In this document: positions 1 to 9,353 of the stretch, piece by piece
How the letters are laid out: every line of letters starts with the position of its first letter
How positions within the stretch are numbered: position 1 is the stretch's first letter
From: Bosea sp. (in: a-proteobacteria)
Lineage (GTDB): Bacteria > Pseudomonadota > Alphaproteobacteria > Rhizobiales > Beijerinckiaceae
Direction of reading: 5' to 3'
Assembly: GCA_039808685.1 (NCBI GenBank)
Contig: JBDHTM010000014.1
Coordinates: 1,617 to 65,616 of the forward strand
Length of the DNA stretch: 64,000 bases
The notes under the pieces: generated by a model
The model's database searches: none
What the model saw: only the letters and a program-made list of their open reading frames with translations
What the model was told of the DNA's origin: nothing
Position numbers and translations under genes: made by a program

Positions 1-1
1 C

Positions 2-1702
2 GAGGCGGGCGCAGTGATCGTGACGCTGATCCTCGCGGGCCGCTGGTTCGAGGCCAAGGCGAAGGGCCGCACCGGATCGGCGATCCGCCGGCTGATGACC
101 CTGCAGGCGAAGACGGCCCGCATCATCAAGGACGGCGTCGAGCGCGACGTCGCCATCGAGGAGGTCCATCCCGGCGACATCGTCGTCGTGCGGCCCGGCG
201 AGCGCATCCCGGTCGATGGCGCCGTCATTTCCGGCTCGTCCTATGTCGATGAATCGATGATCACCGGCGAACCGGCGCCGGCCCAGAAGGGCATCGGCGA
301 CGAGGTCGTCGGCGGCACGGTGAACAAGACCGGCTCGTTCCAGTTCCGCGCCGCCAAGGTCGGCGCCGACACGCTGCTGGCGCAGATCGTGCGTACGGTC
401 GAAGCGGCGCAGGGCTCCAAGCTGCCGATCCAGGCGCTGGTCGACAAGGTGACCATGTGGTTCGTGCCGGTCGTCATGGCGGCCGCGTTCGTGACCTTTC
501 TGGTCTGGTATTTCGCCGGCCCGCAACCGACGCTGAGCTTCGCCATCGTCAATGCGGTTGCGGTCCTTATCATTGCCTGCCCCTGCGCCATGGGTCTCGC
601 GACGCCGACCTCGATCATGGTCGGCACCGGCAAGGCTGCGGAAATGGGCGTGCTGTTCCGTCGTGGCGAGGCGCTGCAGGCGATGCGCGACACCAAGGCG
701 GTTGCGCTCGACAAGACCGGTACTCTGACCAAGGGCCATCCGGAGCTCACCGACATCGTCGTCGCAGAAGGCTTCGACGAGGCGGAGGTGATTCGCGTGG
801 CGGCCTCGGTCGAGGCGCGCTCCGAGCATCCGATCGCGCAGGCGATCGTGGCCGAGGCCAAGCGGCGCGGGCTAACCTTGGCCGAGCCGTCGGACTTCGC
901 CGCCGAGGCGGGCTTCGGCGTCGCCGCGCGGGTGGGAGACCGGGCCGTCAGCGTCGGGGCCGATCGCCTCGTCCAGCGCGAGGGCATCGATCTTTCCCCC
1001 TTCGCGAAGACCGTCGAGGAGTTTGCCGCGCGCGGAAAATCCCCGCTCTATGTCGTGCTCGACGGCCGGCTCGCCGCGATCCTCGCCGTCGCCGATCCGA
1101 TCAAGGAGACGACGCCCGCAGCGCTGGCCGCCCTCAGGGACCTCGGGCTGAAGGTGGTGATGATCACCGGCGACAACCGCAAGACCGCCGAGGCGATCGC
1201 GCGCCAGCTCGGCATCGACGAGGTCGTTGCGGAGGTGCTGCCGACCGGCAAGGCCGAGGTGGTGAAGCAGCTCCAGGCGCAATGGGGCCGGGTCGCCTTC
1301 GTCGGCGACGGCATCAACGACGCTCCCGCGCTCGCCCAGGCCGATGTCGGGCTCGCCATCGGCACCGGCACCGACATCGCCATCGAGAGCGCCGATGTCG
1401 TGCTGATGTCCGGCGACCTGCGCAATGTCCCCAACGCGCTCGCCCTGTCGCGCGCGACGATCCGCAACATCGCACAGAATCTCGGCTGGGCCTTCGGCTA
1501 CAACGCCGTGCTGATCCCGGTGGCGGCCGGGGTGCTCTACCCCTCCTTCGGCATCCTGATGTCGCCGATGTTCGCCGGCCTCGCCATGGCGCTGTCGAGC
1601 GTCAGCGTGCTGACCAACGCCTTGCGCCTGCGCCGCTTTTCGCCGCCGCTGGTCGCCGACGCGACGGCCCCGCGTCAAACCAGGCTGGCGGCCGCCCAAT
1701 GA
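2..1702 (+). CDS. copA: Cu(I)-translocating P1B-type ATPase, 5'-truncated by the window edge
   Basis: TGEP, CPC(AMGLATP), DKTGT, SEHP and GDGINDAP motifs, plus the Cu(I)-type YN and MALSSVSV motifs. The frame is open from base 2 ([14 protein letters not shown]). Confidence 0.93.
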   Translation, partial: EAGAVIVTLILAGRWFEAKAKGRTGSAIRRLMTLQAKTARIIKDGVERDVAIEEVHPGDIVVVRPGERIPVDGAVISGSSYVDESMITGEPAPAQKGIGDEVVGGTVNKTGSFQFRAAKVGADTLLAQIVRTVEAAQGSKLPIQALVDKVTMWFVPVVMAAAFVTFLVWYFAGPQPTLSFAIVNAVAVLIIACPCAMGLATPTSIMVGTGKAAEMGVLFRRGEALQAMRDTKAVALDKTGTLTKGHPELTDIVVAEGFDEAEVIRVAASVEARSEHPIAQAIVAEAKRRGLTLAEPSDFAAEAGFGVAARVGDRAVSVGADRLVQREGIDLSPFAKTVEEFAARGKSPLYVVLDGRLAAILAVADPIKETTPAALAALRDLGLKVVMITGDNRKTAEAIARQLGIDEVVAEVLPTGKAEVVKQLQAQWGRVAFVGDGINDAPALAQADVGLAIGTGTDIAIESADVVLMSGDLRNVPNALALSRATIRNIAQNLGWAFGYNAVLIPVAAGVLYPSFGILMSPMFAGLAMALSSVSVLTNALRLRRFSPPLVADATAPRQTRLAAAQ

Positions 1703-1827
1703 CCGAGAGCGACAAACACGCGCTTATGCCGATTCCTTCTTCACATCGTCTGATCGGTGAGGCCACGGAACGGTCCGACGTCTCGGTGCGATGCGTGAGG
1801 CGATCCGCCTCCGCTCGCCGGTCTTGA
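1699..1827 (+). pseudogene. Probable remnant of a MerR/CueR-family regulator (N-terminal HTH fragment only)
   Basis: The ATG overlaps the copA stop (ATGA). It encodes LIGEATERSDVSVR, resembling the CueR start (IGEAAxxSGVSAKMIR), then loses similarity and stops at 42 aa. Confidence 0.5.
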
Positions 1828-2021
1828 GGCCCTTGAGCATCTCGGCATCGCCGGCTTTGAACACCATGGTCATGCCATCCATATCCAGATTCTTGATCGG
1901 GTCATGGTTGATGGTGAGCTTGCCCTGAGCCGCGTCGACCTTGGTGAGCGCGCCGCTGACCGACTGCGCCGCGGCCGGCAGCCAAGGATCAGGAATGCAA
2001 GGGTGATAGCGTCCTCAGCAT
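1811..2021 (-). pseudogene. CusF-family periplasmic copper-binding protein, frameshifted and 3'-truncated
   Basis: RBS AAAGGAG then ATG at 2021. It reads MLRT / AITLAFLILG / LPAAAQSVSGALTKVDAAQGKLTINHDPIKNLDMDGMTMVFKAGDAEMLKGLKTGE across three frames. The H...MxxMTMVF pattern is CusF-like. Confidence 0.75.
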
Positions 2022-2044
2022 GGGATGCTCCTTTCGCTGAGGTT

Positions 2045-2240
2045 GCTCGATGATCTTGCCGGTCACGCCCGCTTCGCGGTGACCGGGGATCAATGAAGGA
2101 CGTCTTGCCGTCCTTCTCGCTCATCACGACCTGGATGGGACAGGCTTCTTCGGATCGCCCTGCTTGCCATAAGCTGTCTCGTCGCCATGGTCGTGGCTGC
2201 GACCGGACCCGCCCGTCTTGCGGTGCCCATGCCGGCCTCT
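2045..2240 (-). pseudogene. Cupredoxin-family copper protein remnant with frameshifts and a large internal deletion
   Basis: Fragments SHDHGDETAYGKQGDPKKP / PIQVVMSEKDGKTSF / LIPGHREAGVTGKII match the N- and C-termini of rhizobial cupredoxins (C-terminal CLIPGHxEAGM). The middle is missing. Confidence 0.7.
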
Positions 2241-2364
2241 CCGACATGTTAGGTCTTTTCGCTGACTGGACGCCCGCCCCCTGCCATGCATTGCTGGCGC
2301 GCCAACACAACACGGCATCCAATGCCGGGGGCATCATTTTGCTGAAAAAGGTGGAGGGATTTCG

Positions 2365-4155
2365 ATGAAGGAAGAGGAAATCCGCGGCTTGGTCGCGGGT
2401 GTGAAGGACGGGTCGTTGTCGCGACGATCATTCATCCGGAAGATGGCGGCCGTAGGCATCACGGCGCCGCTCGCGAGCCAGATCCTGGTCTGGAACGATG
2501 TCGCGATGGCCCAGCCGGCCGACACCTACAAGCCGACCAAGGCCGGCGGCGGCGGCCCGCTCAAGATCCTGCTCTGGCAGGCCCCCACCCTGCTGAACCC
2601 GCATTTCGCCTCGGGCACGAAGGACCAGATCGCCTCGCGCATCTTCTTCGAGCCGCTTGCCGGCTGGGACAAGGAGGGCAATCTGGTTCCTCAGCTCGCG
2701 GCTGAAATCCCGAGCAAGGCCAATGGCGGCCTGTCCGCCGATGGCAAGGAAGTCGTCTGGAAGCTGAAGCAGGGCGTCAGATGGCATGACGGCAAGCCGT
2801 TTACCGCTGACGACGTCGTCTTCACCTGGGAATACGCCGCCGATCCGGCGACCGCCGCCTACACCACCGGCTCCTACGCCAATATCAAGGTCGAGAAGAT
2901 CGACGCCCACACGATCAAGGTGATCTTCAAGGAGCCGACGCCGTTCTGGGCAGATCCCTTCGTCGGCGTCGCCGGCACGATCATCCCGAAGCATCATTTC
3001 GGCGAGTACAAGGGGGCGAAGTCGCGTGAGGCGCCTGCCAACCTGAAGCCCGTCGGCACCGGCCCCTACAAGTTCGTCGACTTCAAGCCTGGCGACATCC
3101 TGCTGGCCGCCCGAAATGAGGATTACCACGTCAAGAACAAGCCGCAGTTCGATACGCTGGAAGTCAAGGGCGGCGGTGACGCGGTCTCGGCGGCGCGCGC
3201 GGTGCTCCAGACCGGCGAATACGACTACGCCTGGAACCTGCAGGTGGAGGACGAGGTCCTCAAGCGCATGGAAGCCGGCGGTCGCGGCAAGGTCATCGCG
3301 GTGAAGGGCGGCGACGTTGAGTTCATCATCCTGAACACGACCGACCCGTGGACTGAGGTCGACGGCGAGCGCTCCAGCGTCAAGACCAAGCATCCGACCC
3401 TCAGCGATCCGGCCGTGCGACAGGCGATCAACCTGCTGATCGACCGCGACTCGATCGAGAAGTTCATCTATGGCCGCGGCGGCATCGCGACCGCGAGCTT
3501 CGTCAACGAACCCAAGCAGTTCAAGTCGACCAAGCTCAAATACGAGTTCAACATCGACAAGGCCAACAAGATCCTCGACGACGCGGGCTGGAAGAAGGGC
3601 TCCGACGGCATCCGCGAAAAGGGCGGCAAGAGGCTCAAATACGTCTTCCAGACCTCGATCAATGCCCCGCGCCAGAAGACCCAGGCCATCATCAAGCAAG
3701 CCTGCCAACGCGCTGGCATCGAACTTGAGCTGAAATCGGTGACGGCTTCGGTGTATTTCTCGTCCGATGTCGCAAATCCAGACACTTACACCAAGCTGTA
3801 CTGCGACATGGAGATGTATACGACGACGCAGCCGCAGCCCGATCCGGAGCGCTTCCTGAACCAGTGCGTGTCCTGGGAGATCTGCAACAAGGAGAACAAG
3901 TGGCTGGGCCGCAACGTCTCGCGCTACTCGGATCCTGAAGCGGACAAGGCCTACAAGGCCGCGCAGAAGGAACTCGACCCGGTCAAGCGGGCCGCGCTCC
4001 TGATCAAGGTCAACGAGATCTTCTGCGAGGCCAACGTCATCCTGCCGATCCTGTCGCGCACGGTCGTCGGCGCCTCCGCCAACAACCTGACGCCCGACAT
4101 CTCCGGCTGGGAGGTCACGACCTGGAATCTGGCGAGCTGGTATCGCACCACCTGA
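2365..4155 (+). CDS. Peptide ABC transporter substrate-binding protein (family 5) with Tat-like signal
   Basis: SRRSF twin-arginine motif; W-HDGKPFTADDVVFT and PVGTGPYKF SBP_bac_5 motifs; RBS GGAGG. Confidence 0.9.
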   Translation: MKEEEIRGLVAGVKDGSLSRRSFIRKMAAVGITAPLASQILVWNDVAMAQPADTYKPTKAGGGGPLKILLWQAPTLLNPHFASGTKDQIASRIFFEPLAGWDKEGNLVPQLAAEIPSKANGGLSADGKEVVWKLKQGVRWHDGKPFTADDVVFTWEYAADPATAAYTTGSYANIKVEKIDAHTIKVIFKEPTPFWADPFVGVAGTIIPKHHFGEYKGAKSREAPANLKPVGTGPYKFVDFKPGDILLAARNEDYHVKNKPQFDTLEVKGGGDAVSAARAVLQTGEYDYAWNLQVEDEVLKRMEAGGRGKVIAVKGGDVEFIILNTTDPWTEVDGERSSVKTKHPTLSDPAVRQAINLLIDRDSIEKFIYGRGGIATASFVNEPKQFKSTKLKYEFNIDKANKILDDAGWKKGSDGIREKGGKRLKYVFQTSINAPRQKTQAIIKQACQRAGIELELKSVTASVYFSSDVANPDTYTKLYCDMEMYTTTQPQPDPERFLNQCVSWEICNKENKWLGRNVSRYSDPEADKAYKAAQKELDPVKRAALLIKVNEIFCEANVILPILSRTVVGASANNLTPDISGWEVTTWNLASWYRTT

Positions 4156-4170
4156 TCGCCATCGAGGGGC

Positions 4171-4200
4171 GGAGGCCGGAGCATGGCCCGGCCTCCTTTC
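4171..4200 (+). terminator. Probable intrinsic terminator after the SBP gene
   Basis: GGAGGCCGG-agcatggc-CCGGCCTCC stem followed by TTTC. Confidence 0.55.
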
Positions 4201-4373
4201 CAACTGGCCTCGGCCCGAACAGGGCCGCGGTCCCCCTCTCGCGCTGGAACCTGATAGGTCCGGCCGCAGATGCCCGGCATGACGCCCCCGCCGACGCCTG
4301 CTCCAGTTCTCCTGAACCCTGCCCGCCTCGAAGGCAGGGGCAAAAAGCGCCGCATCCAGGGAGAAGCATCCAT

Positions 4374-5348
4374 ATGACGACGAAACGAGATCTGATCCTC
4401 GCGACCGCAGCCTTCGCGCTGCTGGCGGCCGCGCCGGCCATGGCCGAAACCTGGCCAACCCGGCCGATCACCTTCATCGTGCCCTTCCCGGCCGGCGGCG
4501 GCACCGACGCCTTCGCCAGGCCGCTCGCCGCCCAGCTCGACCAGCAGCTTGGCCAGCGCATCATCATCGAGAATCGCGGCGGCGCCGGCGGCACGGTCGG
4601 CGCATCGGCCGCGGCGCGGGCCAAGGCCGACGGCTACACGTTCTTCGTCGGCGCGGCGCACCACGCCATCGCGCCGGCGCTCTATCCGAAGCTCGACTAC
4701 AACATCCAGACGGACTTCATCCCGATCGCGGTTATCGCCCAGCCGCCGCAGGTCATCGTCGTCCACCCCGGCAAGGTCCAGGCCAGGACGGTGGCGGAGC
4801 TGGTCGACTTCGCCCGCAAGAACCCTGAGAAGTTGAATTATGCCTCGGCCGGCAACGGCACGACACATCACCTCGCCGGCGAGCTTTTCCAGATCTCGAC
4901 CAAGACCAAGCTGACCCATGTGCCTTATCGCGGCGCAGGGCCTGCCTTGCAGGACACGGTCGCGGGTCAGGTCGACCTGCTCTTCGACGGTCTCGGCTCC
5001 TCTGCCGCGCAGATCCAGAGCGGCGCGCTGCGGGCGCTCGCGGTCGCAGCCCCCACCCGCTCCGAAGCCGTGCCCGATGTGCCGACAGCCAAGGAAGCCG
5101 GCCTGGAGGGCTACGAGGTCTCGACCTGGTATGCGCTCTGGGCGCCCAAGGGCACGCCGCCGGAAATCGTGACGAAGATGCGCGACGAGGTGCAGAAAAC
5201 GCTGAAGACCCCCGCCATCGAGGCCATCTGGAAGAAGAATGGCTCGCCGATGCCGACTCTGAGCGGCGAGGATTTCGGCAAGTTCCTCACCGCCGAGGTC
5301 GAGCGCTGGGGCAAGGTCGTCAAGGAGGCGCAGGTCAAGCTGGAGTGA
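4374..5348 (+). CDS. Tripartite tricarboxylate transporter substrate-binding protein (Bug/TctC family)
   Basis: WPTRPITFIVPFPAGGGTD, ENRGGAGG, NYASAGNG and HVPYRGAGPA motifs; signal peptide. Confidence 0.92.
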   Translation: MTTKRDLILATAAFALLAAAPAMAETWPTRPITFIVPFPAGGGTDAFARPLAAQLDQQLGQRIIIENRGGAGGTVGASAAARAKADGYTFFVGAAHHAIAPALYPKLDYNIQTDFIPIAVIAQPPQVIVVHPGKVQARTVAELVDFARKNPEKLNYASAGNGTTHHLAGELFQISTKTKLTHVPYRGAGPALQDTVAGQVDLLFDGLGSSAAQIQSGALRALAVAAPTRSEAVPDVPTAKEAGLEGYEVSTWYALWAPKGTPPEIVTKMRDEVQKTLKTPAIEAIWKKNGSPMPTLSGEDFGKFLTAEVERWGKVVKEAQVKLE

Positions 5349-5368
5349 GGCCCGCCACCCTCTAGCCC

Positions 5369-5929
5369 TCAGAGCGCCGGCTCCGCCTCGCTGTCGATCA
5401 CGGCGCGCGCCGTGGCATAATCGAAGCCGAGCCGGGCCAACGCCGCGAGATCCTTCTGCCGGAATTCCGCACGCGCCTCCTCGCGCCGCCACGGACCGAG
5501 ACGGCGCCGCTTCGCGGCAATTCGCGCGGCGGCAAGCTCGTCATTCGCCTCGCCCTTGGTGATCTCTCCGACGAGTTCGCGCGAGACGCCTTTTGCAGAG
5601 AGCCTGGCCGCCACGGCACGCTGCGATTGCCCTTTCCGGCGCAGCGTCGCCGCCCGCGCTTCGGCGAAGCGGCGATCGTCGACGAGGCCGGAGGCGACGC
5701 AGCGAGCCACGACGGCATCGAGAGCTAGCGCGTGAGACGCCGGATCGTCGCCGTGATAGCGGCAACTCCTGGCGATCTTGCGCGCCAGCACCCGGCGCAA
5801 TTGCGCGGCCGGCACCGCATAGCGTTCGAGATAATGCATTGCCGCGCGCTGGAGATAGTCTGGGTTGATGCGCCGGGGTACCCGGGCACGTTGCGCCCCC
5901 TCGCCTCGCCTGTCCTCTTGATCCGTCAT
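5369..5929 (-). CDS. recX: RecX-family regulatory protein
   Basis: AAMHYLERY, GLVDDRRFA, RLSAKGV and LARLGF patterns typical of alphaproteobacterial RecX. Confidence 0.82.
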   Translation of the reverse strand: MTDQEDRRGEGAQRARVPRRINPDYLQRAAMHYLERYAVPAAQLRRVLARKIARSCRYHGDDPASHALALDAVVARCVASGLVDDRRFAEARAATLRRKGQSQRAVAARLSAKGVSRELVGEITKGEANDELAAARIAAKRRRLGPWRREEARAEFRQKDLAALARLGFDYATARAVIDSEAEPAL

Positions 5930-5930
5930 G

Positions 5931-6350
5931 CTAATCGGAGACCGGCTTCTGCCGCCCGGCTTTGACGCCGGAGCGCCTCTCCTTGGACGCGAGCCTCCGC
6001 TCCTTGGAGGCCTTGGTCGGCTTCGTCGCGCGCCGGACCTGCGGGCGCACGGCGGCTGCCCGGATCAATTCCAGCAGGCGCTCCACCGCCTCCTCGCGAT
6101 TGCGCTTCTGGCTGCGATGCGTCTGCGCGACGATGACGATCACGCCATCCTGGGTCAGTTTACTGCCGGCGAGCTTCATCAGGCGGATCGCGACATCGTT
6201 CGGCAGCGACGGCGAACGGCGCGCGTCGAAGCGGATCTGGACTGCGCTCGACACCTTGTTGACATGCTGGCCCCCCGGACCGGAGGCGCGCACGAAGCTT
6301 TCCTCGATTTCGCTCTCGTCGATCGCGATGGACGGGGTGGCTTGAATCAT
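5931..6350 (-). CDS. arfB: Alternative ribosome rescue peptidyl-tRNA hydrolase ArfB (YaeJ)
   Basis: RASGPGGQHVNKVSSAV, RSQKRNR and a basic tail RRATKPTKASKERRL. Start placed at ATG 6350. Confidence 0.93.
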   Translation of the reverse strand: MIQATPSIAIDESEIEESFVRASGPGGQHVNKVSSAVQIRFDARRSPSLPNDVAIRLMKLAGSKLTQDGVIVIVAQTHRSQKRNREEAVERLLELIRAAAVRPQVRRATKPTKASKERRLASKERRSGVKAGRQKPVSD

Positions 6351-6387
6351 GGGAGGACCGTACTGCAATTCACGGAGACATGCAGCG

Positions 6388-7224
6388 TTGAAGCCTTCAC
6401 GCGAGATCGACGGCCTGATCGCGATCATGGCCGCGCTGCGGACGCCGGGAACCGGCTGCCCCTGGGACCTCGAGCAGGACTTCGCCTCGGTCGCGCCCTA
6501 TACCGTCGAAGAAGCCTACGAGGTCGCCGATGCCATCGCCCGCGGCGACAAGCTCGACCTGAAGGACGAGCTCGGCGATCTGCTGCTGCAGGTGGTGTTC
6601 CATGCCCGCATGGCCGAAGAGGAAGGTTCCTTCGCCTTCCCCGACGTGGTCGAGGCTATCACCGGCAAACTCATTCGCCGGCATCCCCATGTCTTCGGCG
6701 ATGCGCGTAACCTCTCGCCTGCCGAGGTAAAGGCGCTCTGGCACCGCATCAAAGCCGAAGAAAAGGCCGCCAAGGCAGCGGCACGCGAGGCGGCCGGCCT
6801 GCCGCCCCAGGCGGAGGAGCGCGGCGTGCTCGCCGGCGTGCCGCATACCCTGCCGGCGCTCACGCGCGCCTGGAAATTGCAGGCCCGCGCCTCCACCGTC
6901 GGCTTCGACTGGAACGACGCGCACCTCGTGCTCGACAAGATCCGCGAGGAAACGGCCGAGATCGACGAGGCGCTGGCCGGCGGCGACAGGGGCGCGATCC
7001 ATGAGGAGATCGGCGACCTGCTCTTCGTCGTCGCCAATCTCGCTCGCCATGTCGGTGCCGATCCGGAAGGCTGCCTCGCCGCCGCCAACGCCAAGTTCGA
7101 GCGCCGCTTCAAGGCGATCGAGGAAGCGCTGGAGGCCGAGGGCCGAACCGCCAAGGATGCCAGCCTCGACGAGATGGAAGCGCTCTGGCAGGCGGTGAAG
7201 AAGCGGGAGAAGAGCGCCGGTTAG
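6388..7224 (+). CDS. mazG: Nucleoside triphosphate pyrophosphohydrolase MazG
   Basis: GCPWDLEQ, EEAYEV, ELGDLLLQVVFH, KLIRRHPHVF and a second EEIGDLLF domain. TTG start at 6388 after GGAGA. Confidence 0.93.
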   Translation: MKPSREIDGLIAIMAALRTPGTGCPWDLEQDFASVAPYTVEEAYEVADAIARGDKLDLKDELGDLLLQVVFHARMAEEEGSFAFPDVVEAITGKLIRRHPHVFGDARNLSPAEVKALWHRIKAEEKAAKAAAREAAGLPPQAEERGVLAGVPHTLPALTRAWKLQARASTVGFDWNDAHLVLDKIREETAEIDEALAGGDRGAIHEEIGDLLFVVANLARHVGADPEGCLAAANAKFERRFKAIEEALEAEGRTAKDASLDEMEALWQAVKKREKSAG

Positions 7225-7250
7225 AGCGTGCCGGTTGTACTCGGAAACAC

Positions 7251-7350
7251 GCCTCCATCCCGGACAAGCTGCGCAGCGGCGCTGATCCGGGATCCATCGT
7301 GGAGCTCCGGAGCCCTCCGATGGATCCCGGGTCAAGCCCGGCATGACGGC
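7251..7350. repeat. Intergenic palindromic REP-like element (GTCAT/ATGAC class) between convergent mazG and hflX
   Basis: Inner stem CCGGGATCCATCG...CGATGGATCCCGG; right end CCCGGGTCAAGCCCGGCATGACGGC. Confidence 0.75.
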
Positions 7351-7395
7351 GCGGATTTGATGGTCGTCGGTACGTTTCAACGACCGCTGTGCCGC

Positions 7396-8796
7396 CTACT
7401 CCCGCCGCTCAGCATCCGGAAACCGCGCCGTGAATGCTCCTTCCCGCTCCAGCGGCAGGCGGACGACGAGCATAAGCCCGCCATCCTCGCCGTCGCGGCG
7501 TTCGAGGATCTCGCCGTTGGCATGGAGCCAGGCGAGCGACTTGCCGTCACCCGGAGCAAGCTCCAGCGCATAGACCGGCCGGCTTGCCGCGATCCGCGAC
7601 TCGATCGCGCGCGTCAGGCGTTCCATGCCCTCGCCGGTCAGCGCCGAGACCAGAACCGGGCGCGACCCATCCGGCCGGAGGGAGGCGATGCCAAGCTGGC
7701 GTTCACGTTCGGCAGGATCGAGCAGGTCTGCCTTGTTCCAGACCTCGATGACGCGCTGGCCATCGTCCGGATTGATGCCGAGATCGCGCAGGATCGCCTG
7801 CACGTCGGCGGCCTGCGCCTGCGTATCCTCATGCGCGACGTCGCGGACATGCAGCAGCACGTCGGCCTCGATCGCGTCCTCCAGCGTGGCGCGGAAGGCG
7901 GCGACGAGCTGCGTCGGCAGGTCGGAAATGAAGCCGACCGTGTCGGAGAGCATGATGCGCGCGCCATGCGGCAGCTTGATCGCGCGAGCCGTGGGGTCAA
8001 GGGTCGCGAACAGCATGTCCTGCGCCAGGACCTCGGCCGAGGTCAGGCGATTGAACAGCGTCGACTTTCCCGCATTGGTGTAGCCGACCAGCGCAACGAT
8101 CGGATAAGGCTCGCGTTTCCGGCTGGCGCGATGCAGCGAGCGCGTGCGCTTCACGCTCTCCAGATCGCGCTCGATCTTGGTCATCCGCTCCTGGATGATG
8201 CGCCGGTCGGCCTCGATCTGGGTCTCGCCGGGGCCGCCGAGGAAGCCGAAGCCGCCGCGCTGGCGCTCAAGGTGGGTCCAGGACCGTACCAGCCGGCTCT
8301 TCTGGTAGTTGAGATGCGCGAGCTCGACCTGCAGCGCGCCTTCCTTGGTGCGGGCGCGCCGCCCGAAGATTTCGAGGATCAGGCCCGTGCGGTCGATGAC
8401 CTTGCAGCCGAAGGCCTTTTCGAGATTGCGCTGCTGGACCGGCGACAGGGCGCAGTCCATCACCACGAGGCCGATCTCCTCGATCTTGATGCGCTCGGCA
8501 AGCTCGTCGACCTTGCCCTTGCCGAGATAGGTCGCGGGACGCAACGCGGTCAGCAGCACCTGCACCGGCTCGACCACCTTCAGGTCGATCGCGGCGGCGA
8601 GGCCGACGGCCTCGTCCAGCCGCGCCGCGAAGGAACGCTGGTTGGCGTCGACGGCGACGCCGCGCTTCTGCAGATAGGGGCCTACGACGAAGGCGCGCGT
8701 ATTCGCCGCGATGTCGCGTTCGATCTCATCGAGCGGCTTCGCGCCTGTGACGCGCGTGGCCGCTCGATCCTTGTCGTCCTTGTGGCTTGTCGCCAA
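7396..8796 (-). CDS. hflX: GTPase HflX
   Basis: [26 protein letters not shown] and GPGETQIE motifs. Probable TTG start 1 bp downstream of the hfq stop. Confidence 0.95.
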   Translation of the reverse strand: MATSHKDDKDRAATRVTGAKPLDEIERDIAANTRAFVVGPYLQKRGVAVDANQRSFAARLDEAVGLAAAIDLKVVEPVQVLLTALRPATYLGKGKVDELAERIKIEEIGLVVMDCALSPVQQRNLEKAFGCKVIDRTGLILEIFGRRARTKEGALQVELAHLNYQKSRLVRSWTHLERQRGGFGFLGGPGETQIEADRRIIQERMTKIERDLESVKRTRSLHRASRKREPYPIVALVGYTNAGKSTLFNRLTSAEVLAQDMLFATLDPTARAIKLPHGARIMLSDTVGFISDLPTQLVAAFRATLEDAIEADVLLHVRDVAHEDTQAQAADVQAILRDLGINPDDGQRVIEVWNKADLLDPAERERQLGIASLRPDGSRPVLVSALTGEGMERLTRAIESRIAASRPVYALELAPGDGKSLAWLHANGEILERRDGEDGGLMLVVRLPLEREGAFTARFPDAERRE

Positions 8797-8797
8797 A

Positions 8798-9046
8798 TCA
8801 GTTCTTGTCCGTTTCCTCGGGCTCGAACAGCTGCACGGGATGGCCGGGCATGATGGTCGAGATCGCGTGCTTGTAGACCAGCTGCGAGTGACCGTCACGG
8901 CGCAGCAGCACGCAGAAATTGTCGAACCAGGTGACGACGCCCTGCAGCTTGACGCCGTTGACGAGGAAGATCGTCAGCGGAATCTTCTGCTTGCGCACAT
9001 GGTTGAGGAAAGTGTCCTGAAGGTTCTGTGCCCGCTCGGCGGCCAT
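8798..9046 (-). CDS. hfq: RNA chaperone Hfq
   Basis: [15 protein letters not shown]...[10 protein letters not shown]...[13 protein letters not shown], 82 aa. Confidence 0.97.
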   Translation of the reverse strand: MAAERAQNLQDTFLNHVRKQKIPLTIFLVNGVKLQGVVTWFDNFCVLLRRDGHSQLVYKHAISTIMPGHPVQLFEPEETDKN

Positions 9047-9280
9047 GGGTAGTCCCTGTTGTTGGGATCGCCGATCGGATTGAGCCCAGCGATCCAATTC
9101 GTTCCGTTTCAGGCCGGCGGCGCATTCCACCAGCGTCGGAACACCGATGTTCCATTAGATCGTCGTCTTCGCCCGCAGCGCAAGTCCAGCAATGCCGACT
9201 TTAGATGCATGCCGCCTGCGTGGCGTGCAAATGGGCATGCGTAGCGCGCCTGACAGCGCCAAACCTTAGCTGCGCCGGCT

Positions 9281-9320
9281 GTCATTCCCGGGCAGTCCAC
9301 AGGGGCGAGCCCGGGATGAC
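9281..9320. repeat. Short GTCAT...ATGAC hairpin repeat downstream of ntrX
   Basis: GTCATTCCCGGGC...GCCCGGGATGAC. Confidence 0.65.
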
Positions 9321-9353
9321 CAAGGATGGTAGCCATCGCGTGTCGACGCGGCT

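Noticed and set aside
9138-9153. GGAACA-CCGA-TGTTCC inverted repeat upstream of hfq
   Set aside because: The arms are only 6 bp, and neither GGAAC has a properly spaced CGTT for an EcfG promoter. It is too weak to call.
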